From an uncultured delta proteobacterium (GTDB taxonomy: Bacteria; Desulfobacterota; Desulfobacteria; Desulfobacterales; JAFDCJ01), in NCBI GenBank assembly GCA_963769935.1, contig CAVYNY010000036.1, forward strand, positions 21,554 to 85,553: a stretch of 64,000 nucleotides of DNA, given 5' to 3'. Shown here one piece after another: positions 47,109 to 57,136 of the stretch. The notes under the pieces are model-generated. The model made no database searches, had not been told where the DNA came from, and saw nothing but the letters and a program-made list of their open reading frames with translations. Every line of letters begins with the position of its first letter. The stretch's first letter is position 1. The translations under genes were made by a program, and so were the position numbers.

Positions 47109-49268
47109 CTATAAATTTAAATTAATCCAGACAAACCCATATTCATCAACACGGGCTTCAGCGTCTTCACCAACAACAGTGGTGGACTCTTTTTCTTCGA
47201 TGATCGCAGGACCATTGATTGATGCGCCCGGGAAAAGTTTGAAACGATCGTAAACCGTAAACGGGATAAATTCCCTGCGGACCAGAGAAAAGGCCGGGCG
47301 TTCACCTTTTATACAATCCGGCAGTCGGCCCTCGGTCTGCGGCAGGGGCGGTATGCGAAATTGTCGTTGGGGGAGACTGGCGCGAACCTTAAAGGTTACA
47401 AACTCTACCGGTGTATCCGGATAGGTTCGACCGTAAAGTTTTTTGTAAGCCTCATCGAACAGCTCCCGGATCTGCGCCTTTTCCCATTGGTCGAAAGGCT
47501 TGCCCTCAATGGGAAGGTCGGTTTCCGCACCCTGCCCCAAAAATCGCATCAGCAGCGTGCGCTCAAAGATAATGGTCGCATTCTGACCGGCCTGTTGAAG
47601 GATGGCGGCTCCTTCCTGCTCGAGGGCTTGGAATAGATGTTCAATTTCCCTGAAATCGGCGCCATTCAGGGCCACACGATGGCTGCGGGTCAAATCAAAA
47701 GCAACCGGGGCGGTAAAAAACCCCAGCGCGGATCCCACCCCGGCCAGGGGGGGGACCAGGATACGCGGGGCACCGATCTTTTTGGCCAGACCATAGGCAT
47801 GGACCGGCCCCGCACCGCCAAAAGCCGATATGGTAACGATCTTTGGATTGCCCCCTTTTTCGGCAATATGGGTTTTGGCCGCCGCGGCCATGGTTTCGTT
47901 GATCAGGTCGTGGATACCGAAAGCCGCCTCCACGAGCGTGGTGCCGAGGGGTCGGGCAGCCTTTTCCTCGATGGCTGTTTCCGATGCTGATTTGTCCAGC
48001 GGCATCGTACCGCCCAGGAAATAGTCGGGGTCCAGATATCCGAGGACCAGGTCGGCATCGGTCACCGTCGGATTTTGGCCGCCGCGGCCGTAACAGGCCG
48101 GTCCCGGATCGGCGCCGGCACTTTCCGGACCGACCTGCAAAAGGCCCATTTTGCTCATCCGGGCGATGCTTCCGCCGCCGGCCCCGATTTCCATCAAATC
48201 CACCACCGGCACCTGGATCGGCAGACCGCTGCCTTTTTTAAAACGCTGCACGCGCCCCACCTCAAATGTCGAAACCAGACCGGCTTGGCCTTTCTGGATT
48301 AAACAGGATTTGGCTGTTGTTCCGCCCATGTCGAAACAAAACATGTCCTTGATTTCGAACATCCGGCCGTAATGCTGAGACGCGATTACCGCGGCAGTGG
48401 GTCCGGATTCGATGATTCTTACCGGAAACTGCTGGGCGGTCTCAACCGACGTAATACCGCCGCTGGAGAGCATGATAAACAGTTTTCCCTTAAAGCCCAG
48501 AGATGCCAGGCGCGCGGAAAGTTTGGCCAGGTATTTGGCGGTAATCGGTTTGACGTAAGCATTGGTGACGGTGGTGCAGGTTCTTTCATATTCGCGTATC
48601 TGGGGCAAGACTTCAAAGGACGTCGACAAAGAAAGCTCCGGCGCCTGCTGAGCCACAATTTCCTTGATTCCCCTTTCGTGGGCCGGGTTTTCATATGAAT
48701 TAATCAGGCATACCGCCAGGGAATCAATGCCCCGGTCGCACAGTTCGGCTAGCACCCGCCGCACTTCCGGCTCATCCAGCTTCTGAATCACCCGCCCGTC
48801 GCTTGCAACACGCTCGGTCACCTCACAGCGCAGTGACCGAGGGACCAGGGGCAAGGGGTACTCGGCAAAAATGTCATAAGCATCATAGCGCAGCTCCCGA
48901 CCGAGCTCCAGCACATCACGAAAACCGCGGGTGGTGATCAAACCGGTTTTGGCGCCTTTTCTTTCAATGATGGCATTGATCACAAGGGTTGTGCCATGGA
49001 TGACCTCTTCGATGTGCGGCATGAATCCGGGTGTGCGCGCCAGCATTTCCTTGATGCCCTGTTCCACCGCATCGGAGGGATCTCCCGGTGTCGTCAAACA
49101 CTTATTAATCTGGAACTCACCCGTTTCATCGTTCACCAGAACAAAATCCGTAAATGTGCCGCCGATGTCACAACCCAGACGGTATTGCGGATTGTGGATT
49201 GCGGATTGCGGATTGTCCTGCTTCAATGGATGTTCTTTCATGTTCATTTTTCCGTTTTCAATAGCCAC
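47109..49268 (-). CDS. Hydantoinase A/oxoprolinase family ATP-binding subunit
   Basis: DIGGTFTD, HGTTLVINAII, ESGP, DMGGTT, IGAGGGS, GPESAGADPGPACY, FGGAGPVH; start could be 49247. Confidence 0.93.
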   Translation of the reverse strand: MAIENGKMNMKEHPLKQDNPQSAIHNPQYRLGCDIGGTFTDFVLVNDETGEFQINKCLTTPGDPSDAVEQGIKEMLARTPGFMPHIEEVIHGTTLVINAIIERKGAKTGLITTRGFRDVLELGRELRYDAYDIFAEYPLPLVPRSLRCEVTERVASDGRVIQKLDEPEVRRVLAELCDRGIDSLAVCLINSYENPAHERGIKEIVAQQAPELSLSTSFEVLPQIREYERTCTTVTNAYVKPITAKYLAKLSARLASLGFKGKLFIMLSSGGITSVETAQQFPVRIIESGPTAAVIASQHYGRMFEIKDMFCFDMGGTTAKSCLIQKGQAGLVSTFEVGRVQRFKKGSGLPIQVPVVDLMEIGAGGGSIARMSKMGLLQVGPESAGADPGPACYGRGGQNPTVTDADLVLGYLDPDYFLGGTMPLDKSASETAIEEKAARPLGTTLVEAAFGIHDLINETMAAAAKTHIAEKGGNPKIVTISAFGGAGPVHAYGLAKKIGAPRILVPPLAGVGSALGFFTAPVAFDLTRSHRVALNGADFREIEHLFQALEQEGAAILQQAGQNATIIFERTLLMRFLGQGAETDLPIEGKPFDQWEKAQIRELFDEAYKKLYGRTYPDTPVEFVTFKVRASLPQRQFRIPPLPQTEGRLPDCIKGERPAFSLVRREFIPFTVYDRFKLFPGASINGPAIIEEKESTTVVGEDAEARVDEYGFVWINLNL

Positions 49269-49335
49269 TCCTGTTCCCCCGAACCTTAGAAGGTTAGCTC
49301 AATTTTTGATTTAATCCGAAATCTGCAATCCGAAA

Positions 49336-50970
49336 TCAAAAAATGCTCGGTTCTTCCCACTCCCCGAAAATATCCCTGAATACCCCGGCCATCTCGCCCA
49401 CGGTGGCATAAGCCCGGCAGCAATCCATCAGCAGCGGCATCACGTTTTTACCGGCCCGCGTCCCCTGTTCCAGCTCTCGGAGGGTGCGCGCAACCTCGCG
49501 ATTGTCGCGGGTCCGCCGCAGCTCCTTAAGGTCTGCAATCTGCTGCGCAACACCTTCTTCATTGTATTCATGCAGCTCCACATCGGTTTGCTCCTCAGTT
49601 TCATCGACATATTTGTTGACGCCGACTTTAATGTATTCACCGCTTTGAACGCCTTTTTCATATTCATAGGCCTGGCGGGCGACTTTGCGCTGGATGAAAC
49701 CGGTGGCCACCGCGTGCACCATGCCTCCGATCTCCTGGATTTGCTTCATTTCGGCCAGAATTTTCTCTTCCATTTGTTTGGTCAGCGTCTCGATGAAATA
49801 GGAGCCGGCCAGCGGGTCCACCGTGTCACGCAGCCCGACCTCATCCATGATAATTTCAAGCGTGCGCAGCGACAGCAATGCGGCCCGCGGGGTGGGTATG
49901 GTATAGGCTTCGTCAAAAGAGCACAGGGCCGTGGTCTGGGCTCCGCTCAGCGCTGCGCCCAGGGCATAAAAGGCGCCGCGCATGATATTGTTTTCCGGTT
50001 GTTCTTTGGTGAGCCCGCTGCCGCCGCCGCCGAAAATGCCCCTTAAGAACAACTTTTTTTTATCCTGGACACCGTACTCTTCGCGCAGCATCCGGGCCCA
50101 CAATTTGCGGGCCGCCCTGAATTTAGCGATTTGCTCCCAGAGATTGCCGAAAACATTCAGGTTGAAGGAAAAGCGACCGACAAAATCATCGGCCGGCATG
50201 CCCCGTGCAATCACATTGTCCATATATGCTTTGGCAATCTCAAAAGCACAGGCAATTTCCTGGGCGGGTGTCGCACCGGATTCGCGGATGTGATAGCCGC
50301 AGATACTTACCGGATTGCAGCGCGGCAGCTCCTTGACGGAGTACATGATGCTGTCTCCCACCAGACGAACCGCATCTTCCACGGGATATATCCAAGCGCC
50401 GCGTCCGATCATTTCCTTGAGAATATCATTCTGGGGCGTCGCGCTGATTTTATCCCTGGCGTAGCCGAACTTTTCAGCCATGGACTGGTACATGGCCAGC
50501 ATGATGCAAGCCACCGCATTGATGGTCAGCCCGGAGCCGATTCGATCCAGCGGAATGCCCTCAAAGGCGATTTCAAAATCACGCAGGGAATCAACGGCCA
50601 TTCCAACCCGGCCGACTTCTCCCAACACCTTGGGATCATCCGAGTCATAACCCATCTGGGTGGGTAGATCGAAAGCAACATTCAAGCCCGTCTGCCCGTG
50701 GGAAATCATCAGCTTGAAGCGTCTGTTGCTTTCGTGCGGTGTGCCGAAGCCGGTGTATTGACGGGTGGTCCAGGCCCTGCTGCGATATCCCTGAGGATGG
50801 ATACCGCGGGTAAATGGATACTCTCCGGGATCGGCCAGATCCTTCTCATAATCAAACCCAGCCTCTTCAAGGTCCCGGGGCGTATAGACCGGCTTCACAC
50901 GAATGCCGGATTGATAGGTCACTTCCTCAATGGCATCTTTTTCATTTTTGGTATATTTCGCAACACCCAT
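49336..50970 (-). CDS. B12-dependent acyl-CoA mutase, substrate-binding subunit (methylmalonyl-CoA mutase family; IaaG/H-like system)
   Basis: PGEYPFTRG, WTTRQYTGF, AFDLPTQMGYDSD, QNDILKE, GYHIRE, AKFRAAR, DPLAGSY. Confidence 0.93.
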   Translation of the reverse strand: MGVAKYTKNEKDAIEEVTYQSGIRVKPVYTPRDLEEAGFDYEKDLADPGEYPFTRGIHPQGYRSRAWTTRQYTGFGTPHESNRRFKLMISHGQTGLNVAFDLPTQMGYDSDDPKVLGEVGRVGMAVDSLRDFEIAFEGIPLDRIGSGLTINAVACIMLAMYQSMAEKFGYARDKISATPQNDILKEMIGRGAWIYPVEDAVRLVGDSIMYSVKELPRCNPVSICGYHIRESGATPAQEIACAFEIAKAYMDNVIARGMPADDFVGRFSFNLNVFGNLWEQIAKFRAARKLWARMLREEYGVQDKKKLFLRGIFGGGGSGLTKEQPENNIMRGAFYALGAALSGAQTTALCSFDEAYTIPTPRAALLSLRTLEIIMDEVGLRDTVDPLAGSYFIETLTKQMEEKILAEMKQIQEIGGMVHAVATGFIQRKVARQAYEYEKGVQSGEYIKVGVNKYVDETEEQTDVELHEYNEEGVAQQIADLKELRRTRDNREVARTLRELEQGTRAGKNVMPLLMDCCRAYATVGEMAGVFRDIFGEWEEPSIF

Positions 50971-51173
50971 GGATTTATTCCTTACATAGCTGTTTAAGCG
51001 TTTAGGGGGTTTAAGAAAATTCTAAATGCTTATTTAATAATCAACTTAGCTCTTGAGCTGATAAGCTGCTAAGCTCGTAAGATTTTAATTAGGAGATAAT
51101 CGTTTTGAACTTAAAAACCTATCGGAAGGCCAGATCATGAACCTACGAGCTCACCAGCTTACGAACTCAGTGG

Positions 51174-51569
51174 CTAATTCACTATCTCCTGAATGCCGGC
51201 AATAATTTTATCAAACGGGGTCCCGCCGGGGTACACCCCTTTAATACCAAGCGATTTTAGTTTCGGGATGTCCTGTTTGGGAATCACACCGCCCACGACG
51301 ACCGGAATGTCTTCAATTGCCTGCTCTCTCATCAGCGCCAGCATTTTTTTGCTGATGGGAATATGCGCACCCGACATGATGCTGAGACCGATGATGTCCA
51401 CTGCTTCCTGCACGGCAGTCCTGACAATTTGTTCGATCGTTTGATGAAGACCAGTGTAAATAACCTCCATACCGGCATCCCGCAGGGCCAAAGCAATGAT
51501 TTTTGCCCCGCGATCATGCCCGTCCAATCCCGGTTTGCCGACAAGAATTTTTATTCTCTTTTGCGACAT
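51174..51569 (-). CDS. Cobalamin-binding small subunit of acyl-CoA mutase
   Basis: KPGLDGHDRGAK (DxHxxG), GLSIMSGAH, GGVIP. Confidence 0.95.
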   Translation of the reverse strand: MSQKRIKILVGKPGLDGHDRGAKIIALALRDAGMEVIYTGLHQTIEQIVRTAVQEAVDIIGLSIMSGAHIPISKKMLALMREQAIEDIPVVVGGVIPKQDIPKLKSLGIKGVYPGGTPFDKIIAGIQEIVN

Positions 51570-51675
51570 ATGCTTTAAATTCTCCCGCAGTAAGGGTTTG
51601 ACTTATTCTATTAGGGACACGGATAAACACGGATTTGAAGGACAATCATAAATTCTTCGCAAGCGGGTTCGGCCA

Positions 51676-52371
51676 CTATTTACCGAATTCCCGCAGGACA
51701 ACCTCACGTCCCCGCGAAATGTGCTCCCGCACCAGTCTCTCGACTCTCTCGGCATCCCGTTTCCGCATATACTTCAGCATTTGAATGTGATCTTCATTGC
51801 TCACATTGGCCAATTTTTCGTTTTTAAGAATCATTTGTCTGAATCTGTAAATCTGATCCCTGAGTCCGTTAATCATGTGAACCAGCCGGGGGCTTTTACT
51901 GAGATCATAGAGTAATTCGTGAAACTCCGTATTTATTTTCGGTAAGACATCCATCTGCCCTTTGTTCAGACATTGCTGAAATTCCTCGATCTTCCCTTCA
52001 AGTACTCTAAGTTCCTTCGGTTGATGCTTAATGGTCGCCAGACGGGCGGCATATCCTTCCAAAACACTGCGAATACCGAAAGTCTCTTCGATGTCATCCC
52101 GATTCAACCCCAGGACGGTAAATCCGCCCCGCGGCTGCCGCTCAATGAGTCTTTCACGTTCCAGCTTGTGAATGGCCTCTCTGACCGGGGTGCGACTGAT
52201 GCCCAGCATCTCGGCAATATGGCTTTCAACCAGCCATTCACCCGGCGCAATGTTGCCCCGGATAATGGCGTGTTTCAGATTATCGAAAACATGCTGGCCA
52301 AGGGGCTTTCGATCCTGAAGCACCTGCAACGGCCCAGGATCGAACCCTTTTAATTCAGCCTTTTTCTTCAT
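51676..52371 (-). CDS. GntR family transcriptional regulator (FCD domain)
   Basis: wHTH LGISRTPVREAIHKL; C-terminal INTEFHELL...EDH...H. Confidence 0.93.
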   Translation of the reverse strand: MKKKAELKGFDPGPLQVLQDRKPLGQHVFDNLKHAIIRGNIAPGEWLVESHIAEMLGISRTPVREAIHKLERERLIERQPRGGFTVLGLNRDDIEETFGIRSVLEGYAARLATIKHQPKELRVLEGKIEEFQQCLNKGQMDVLPKINTEFHELLYDLSKSPRLVHMINGLRDQIYRFRQMILKNEKLANVSNEDHIQMLKYMRKRDAERVERLVREHISRGREVVLREFGK

Positions 52372-52541
52372 TGCTGTTCCTTGCCCGCCGTCGCCTATGG
52401 CGGAGAGTTAACAATTGAATATTGAAAATTATTTTTCTGTGCCGGCCTTAGCCGGTGTGTGCTCCGTCTTTTTTATGAGCATTTTTATAATGGAAATAAT
52501 ACCGTAAATATTCAATTTGCAATCTTCAATATTCAATTTGT

Positions 52542-53732
52542 TTAGATAATCCCCTTTTCCTTAAGACCGGCAAGTTCAGACTCGGAGTAACCAAGCCGGG
52601 GGCCGTAAATTTCCCGATTGTGTTCTCCGAATCGCGGCGGAAATGAAAGCTGTCGCCGCGAGGCTTCCATAAACGGCGTCATATTGGGCGGCGGCGCCAG
52701 TGTAATGCGGATCCCGGTGACCGGGTCCTGAGCGTGCATCAGTCTTCTTTCCACCAGCGGATCGGTAATCACTTCGGCGATTGTATTAATTTTGGAGACG
52801 GGAACCGTAATTGAAGCGAACAGTTCAATCAGTTCTTCGGAAGTATAATTTCTGGTTATGGCAGTAATCGCAGCATTTAAATTAACGACATGCCCGATAC
52901 GGCCGGCGTTTTTGGCATATTCGGGTTTGCCCAGCGACCTGAAGATCTCCTGGGATACCATACTTTGCCACTGCCGATCGTTGCCAACCGCAAGATAAAT
53001 ATAGCCGTTGCTGGTCTGGTAGACGCTGACCGGACAAAAGAACTCGTGAGTGTTGCCGCGCCGGCTAATGGATCTACCGAAACTGTCCGTCAGGGTAATG
53101 GGAACGGTCAGCCATGACACCGAAGACTCAAACATGGCCATATTGATGCAGCTTCCCTCGCCGGTGGCCTGGCGTTTGAAAAGTGCTTTCATCACCAGGC
53201 CGTAGGCGTGTTCACTGGTGCCCATGTCCGGAAGTGGTATGCCCAGCACCTGCGGATCGCCGTCGTAATCGCCGGTAAGCTCCATCAAACCCGAACGGGC
53301 CTGTAGAATAGGATCATAGGCGGCTTCATTGCTGTCCGGTCCGAAACCGGTTACACCCAGCCAGATAATGTCCGGTCTCAAGGATTTTAGCGTATCGTAA
53401 TCAATGCCCAGCTTTTTGTAATTTCTCGGCAGCTGATTGGTGGCAAAGATATCCACCTTCAACTTCCGGATAAGGGCCTGAAAAATTTTCTGCCCTTCTG
53501 CTTCCGCCAGATTCAGGGTCAGGCTCTTTTTGCCGGCATTGATGCACAGATAGTAGGCATTCATCCGCTCCTCAGACAGGACGTTTTCTCCGACCATGCG
53601 ATTGGGGTCTCCGTAAACCGGATGCTCCAGCCGGATGACCGTCATGCCGTCCTGGGCCAGTCTGTAAGTCAAATAAGGTAAAACGGTGGCCTGTTCAAGG
53701 GATAATACGGTGAGGTTTTTGAATAATTCCAT
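52542..53732 (-). CDS. Family III CoA transferase (CaiB/BaiF; IaaL-like)
   Basis: GDPNR, NAGKKSLTLNL, TGFG, AYDPILQARSGLM, PLPD, PPRFGEHN. Confidence 0.92.
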   Translation of the reverse strand: MELFKNLTVLSLEQATVLPYLTYRLAQDGMTVIRLEHPVYGDPNRMVGENVLSEERMNAYYLCINAGKKSLTLNLAEAEGQKIFQALIRKLKVDIFATNQLPRNYKKLGIDYDTLKSLRPDIIWLGVTGFGPDSNEAAYDPILQARSGLMELTGDYDGDPQVLGIPLPDMGTSEHAYGLVMKALFKRQATGEGSCINMAMFESSVSWLTVPITLTDSFGRSISRRGNTHEFFCPVSVYQTSNGYIYLAVGNDRQWQSMVSQEIFRSLGKPEYAKNAGRIGHVVNLNAAITAITRNYTSEELIELFASITVPVSKINTIAEVITDPLVERRLMHAQDPVTGIRITLAPPPNMTPFMEASRRQLSFPPRFGEHNREIYGPRLGYSESELAGLKEKGII

Positions 53733-53824
53733 GTAGTTTCTCCATATCCCGGTTCGTTTGGAATTTATTGGATCTCATACGTGCGGATACCTTTCCCCAG
53801 GCTAACCTATCCATCCGGGTAAAC

Positions 53825-53860
53825 GAATACTGTATACGGTATACAAAGTAAAAATGTCAA
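53825..53860 (-). promoter_or_regulatory. Sigma70-like promoter overlapped by GTATAC-repeat operator (site 2)
   Basis: Minus strand TTGACA-tttttacttTGTATACCG-TATACA-GTATTC, heading the CoA-transferase/gntR/mutase run. Confidence 0.7.
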
Positions 53861-54230
53861 GAATTGTTTTCCCCTTAGATGACAGAGGTCAGAAGACATA
53901 GGACAGATGACAGAAAACAGATGACCGAAGTTAGAGGTCAGATGACGGAGGGCAGAAGTCAAAGGCCAGAAGTTAGGAAGCAGGGAAGTTAAGAAGCTGA
54001 GAAACTGGGGTGCTGGAGGCTGGTAGAATACTATTCGTGAGCGCATAAGTTCGTGATTCTCAAAGACCTTGAGCATTCAAAAAACTTATGGCTCGTCAAC
54101 CAAATCAACAATTCTTCCAACATCCAGCATCGAGTATCCAGCATCCGGAATCCTCTACCCGGCACTTACGCTATGCCCCATGCCCTAAGCGCTATGCCTT
54201 ACTCCCATGCCCCGCAACACGCACCTCGCA

Positions 54231-55388
54231 TCACTTGGCTGCATACATACTTGCCGCGCACTCATTTTTGCCGAGATCCATAATTTCCTGCTCTTCGGCA
54301 TCGACATCCAACAGCCCGGCATTGACTTTGCGAATTTGGGCATATTCCGGGGGCTGCTGTCGCATATTGTCTTTGATGAATTTGGCAAATTCGGCTTCTT
54401 CATCAATATCGTAGATAGCCGCATTTTTCTGTTTGATGCTGCCGAGCGTATCGATAAACATTTGATCCGGGTTGGCTTCACGCCACTCGATGTAATGGCC
54501 CGGCAGGATGATCAGATCATCATTTAATTCGGCAATCTTTGTTTTCAGGGTGTTAAAGAGCAGCTTCGACCATTGTTCGACTTTGCCGCCAAGGTCGGGT
54601 CGGCCGATGGACAAGATAAAAACGGTATCGCCGGTAACCATAAATTTATTGTCGATAAGGTACGAGGTGCTGCCGGGTGTGTGTCCCGGCATATGAATCG
54701 CTTTGATTTCAGGTCCGCCCTTGGAAAAATGAAAAACCTCCTGATCAGAAACAGCCTTGTAATTAAATGCCGCGCCTTGAAAATCGTTTATATGGCCTAC
54801 GATCCGAGCACCGGTAATCGACGAAATCTGACGGCTGCCGGAAATATAGTCGGCCTGTAGATGGGTTTCAAAGGTTTTGATCAGTTTACAGCCGTTTTCG
54901 GCGGCAAAATTTTGATAGAAATCAATGTTTCTGGAGGGGTCAAATACCGCCATTTCATTTTCATGAATCAGTCCGTAACTGCAGGATGCCTTGCCGGGTC
55001 GAATAAACTGGTATAATTGATACCCGTTTTCGGAGGCGACTAATTTAGGGGCCAGCATGTTGCCCCAGGTTTTAATGCCGCCTTTCAGATAGCGCACATC
55101 CGTCCATCCGTTATTCACGAGAATTTCACCCACGTATTTGGCGGAACCCTCCTTGGCACACACAATGCGGAGGCTTTCATCCTTGGGAACCTGGACCCTC
55201 GCGACCGACTCATCTTCCATCTCGATAAATTCAATGTAGGGAACATTGATCATCTTTGAAAGATTGGGTCCCTCAACCTTGAATCGACCGAACTCCTCGT
55301 TATTGCGAACATCCAGCAGGGTAAAATCGCTTCCTTCTTTGGTTACCCATTCGAATAAATCTTCTGCCCTGTAAGACTGCAGCTCCAT
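54231..55388 (-). CDS. Rhodanese + metallo-beta-lactamase fusion (persulfide dioxygenase-like)
   Basis: LLDVR...VCAKEGS rhodanese domain; THLQADYISG, PGHTPGS, TGD, GRPDL, LPGH. Confidence 0.85.
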   Translation of the reverse strand: MELQSYRAEDLFEWVTKEGSDFTLLDVRNNEEFGRFKVEGPNLSKMINVPYIEFIEMEDESVARVQVPKDESLRIVCAKEGSAKYVGEILVNNGWTDVRYLKGGIKTWGNMLAPKLVASENGYQLYQFIRPGKASCSYGLIHENEMAVFDPSRNIDFYQNFAAENGCKLIKTFETHLQADYISGSRQISSITGARIVGHINDFQGAAFNYKAVSDQEVFHFSKGGPEIKAIHMPGHTPGSTSYLIDNKFMVTGDTVFILSIGRPDLGGKVEQWSKLLFNTLKTKIAELNDDLIILPGHYIEWREANPDQMFIDTLGSIKQKNAAIYDIDEEAEFAKFIKDNMRQQPPEYAQIRKVNAGLLDVDAEEQEIMDLGKNECAASMYAAK

Positions 55389-55592
55389 GTTGTACCCCCT
55401 TTCTGATGGTTATGATGCAATATATTTTTGATAAAATGGACTTAGGGCTCACTGTTGAAATGAAGTCCATAGTTTGTATCATATAATCCAGTCAAATTGT
55501 AGAACTTCCGGTGTGGCAACTTTCATACTTTTGGAACCAGCTTTTTAATTATCGTTACGAATTATTTTAAATTTTTTATGCATTTTTGCACG

Positions 55593-56396
55593 CTACCGGC
55601 CCTGGAAATTTGGTTTTCTTTTCTCTATAAACGCCAGTTGACCTTCGTTTAAATCTTCACTTGAAAAAGCAGACTTCGTAATTGCTTCGGCTTCCTGCAG
55701 GCCGCTTGCCTGCAGCGGCGTTGACTGCAACAGCAGATTTATGACCCGCTTGGTGCCTTTGAGAGCCAGGGGTGCATTATCGGCAATCTCTTCCGCCATC
55801 CGGTAGGTAAAAGATTCCAGCTGATCCCCGGAGACAAGATAATCTATCAATCCGAGCTCCTTTAATCTCAGTCCCTGATAGGTGCGACCGGTAAAAAACA
55901 GCTCCCGGGTACTGCGGAGTCCAATGGTCTGGATAAATCGCTGCAGTCCCTGCCACGGATAAACCAGTCCGAGTTTGGCCGGCGGCATACCGATGCGGGT
56001 TTCATCATTGCCGATGCGAATATCGCAGCAGAGCGCCAGCTCGCATCCGGCACCCAATGCAACGCCATTCACCATGGCTATCACCGGATATGGATAGGTG
56101 ATAACGGATTGAAAAAGGGATTCAACCGGACCTAATTTCTTCAGCTTCTCATGGACATTGCCGTCGGGACCCGTGGGCAGGGAACGGATATCGTATCCCG
56201 AGCAAAATGCCTTCCTGCCGGCCCCTCGGATGACTATTGCCCGAATGGAAGCGTCTGCCGCAAGTTCCGGGAGAGTCTGCAACAGCAGTTGGACGAGTTC
56301 CGGTGAAAGGGAATTTTTTTTCTCCGGCCGGTTCAGGATCAAAGTAACCACCTTGTCTTTTCTTTTGACCAGCAGCGGTCTGTCTTCCATGGGCAT
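55593..56396 (-). CDS. Crotonase (enoyl-CoA hydratase/isomerase) superfamily protein
   Basis: LNRPEKKNSL, AFCSGYDI, GAGCELALCCD, GMPPAKLG, FIEKRKPNFQG. Confidence 0.9.
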   Translation of the reverse strand: MPMEDRPLLVKRKDKVVTLILNRPEKKNSLSPELVQLLLQTLPELAADASIRAIVIRGAGRKAFCSGYDIRSLPTGPDGNVHEKLKKLGPVESLFQSVITYPYPVIAMVNGVALGAGCELALCCDIRIGNDETRIGMPPAKLGLVYPWQGLQRFIQTIGLRSTRELFFTGRTYQGLRLKELGLIDYLVSGDQLESFTYRMAEEIADNAPLALKGTKRVINLLLQSTPLQASGLQEAEAITKSAFSSEDLNEGQLAFIEKRKPNFQGR

Positions 56397-56842
56397 CTCG
56401 TTACCTTTTAGAAATTAAGAGCTTAATTGTAGAAATTTGTCGTCTAACCCCGTATGTGACTACTCAAAGTCGAGAAAAGGTTTCCGGTGCCAGCTCCGCC
56501 GCCGGCCAAACCAACGGCCGGTCTGATCAAAATAGAAACATAATAGTTCACCGCGGAGCTCGCCGAGAACGCCGAGAAAGAAAATTTTAATTAGTCTCCG
56601 CGATCTCTGCGTTCTCAGCGGTGAGACCCTTCATAAAATGGCATAGAATCTTATTAAGTTTCATACGAGGTGTCAGCGGCGGCGCCGATACCCGAAAATT
56701 TTAACCTTTAGCCTTGAACCTTTTACATGAACCTCTGCTCCCTGAACCTCTCAACTCTGGCCGCTTTCTAATCTGGCATACAATAACGCATCGGTCGCCG
56801 GTATTCAATATGCTGTTACAGGATTTTCATGCAGATGATCTC

Positions 56843-56940
56843 GCCTGGATTAGATGCAAAGTCACTCGCTTGCATGCAGTCAAACAGACAAAAGCAGCTC
56901 AGCATTAAATAAAATGAGCAGCATATAGTAATTAATCCGC
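56843..56940 (-). ncRNA. Candidate structured non-coding element, copy 2
   Basis: Homologous to 8648-8746; shares CTCGCTTGCATGCAG and GCATATAGTAATTAA exactly. Confidence 0.4.
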
Positions 56941-57046
56941 CGGACCGTCGATCTGACAATTAGCTTCCGGTTTAGAAAGAACAGCTCAGAACCATAAATA
57001 TGCTATCTTTCAAGGCGGATTAATGCGGATTAATTAAGATTAACAT

Positions 57047-57082
57047 TTGACAGCAATTTTTGTGTACAGTATACAGTATGCA
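57047..57082 (+). promoter_or_regulatory. Sigma70-like promoter overlapped by GTATAC-repeat operator (site 3)
   Basis: TTGACA-gcaattttTGTGTACAG-TATACA-GTATGCA (17-nt spacer) upstream of the carboxyltransferase. Confidence 0.7.
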
Positions 57083-57136
57083 TTTAAATACCGAATGGTA
57101 GCGCTTTTTTATCTTAGCCGCAAAGGACGATGACGA

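Noticed and set aside
45299..51569. Acetone/acetophenone carboxylase or 2-hydroxyisobutyryl-CoA mutase pathway
   Set aside because: No carboxylase gamma or other accessory subunits are present. The mutase keeps the Arg dicarboxylate determinant, and the context (Mo hydroxylase, arylacetate ligase) fits lactam hydrolysis better.
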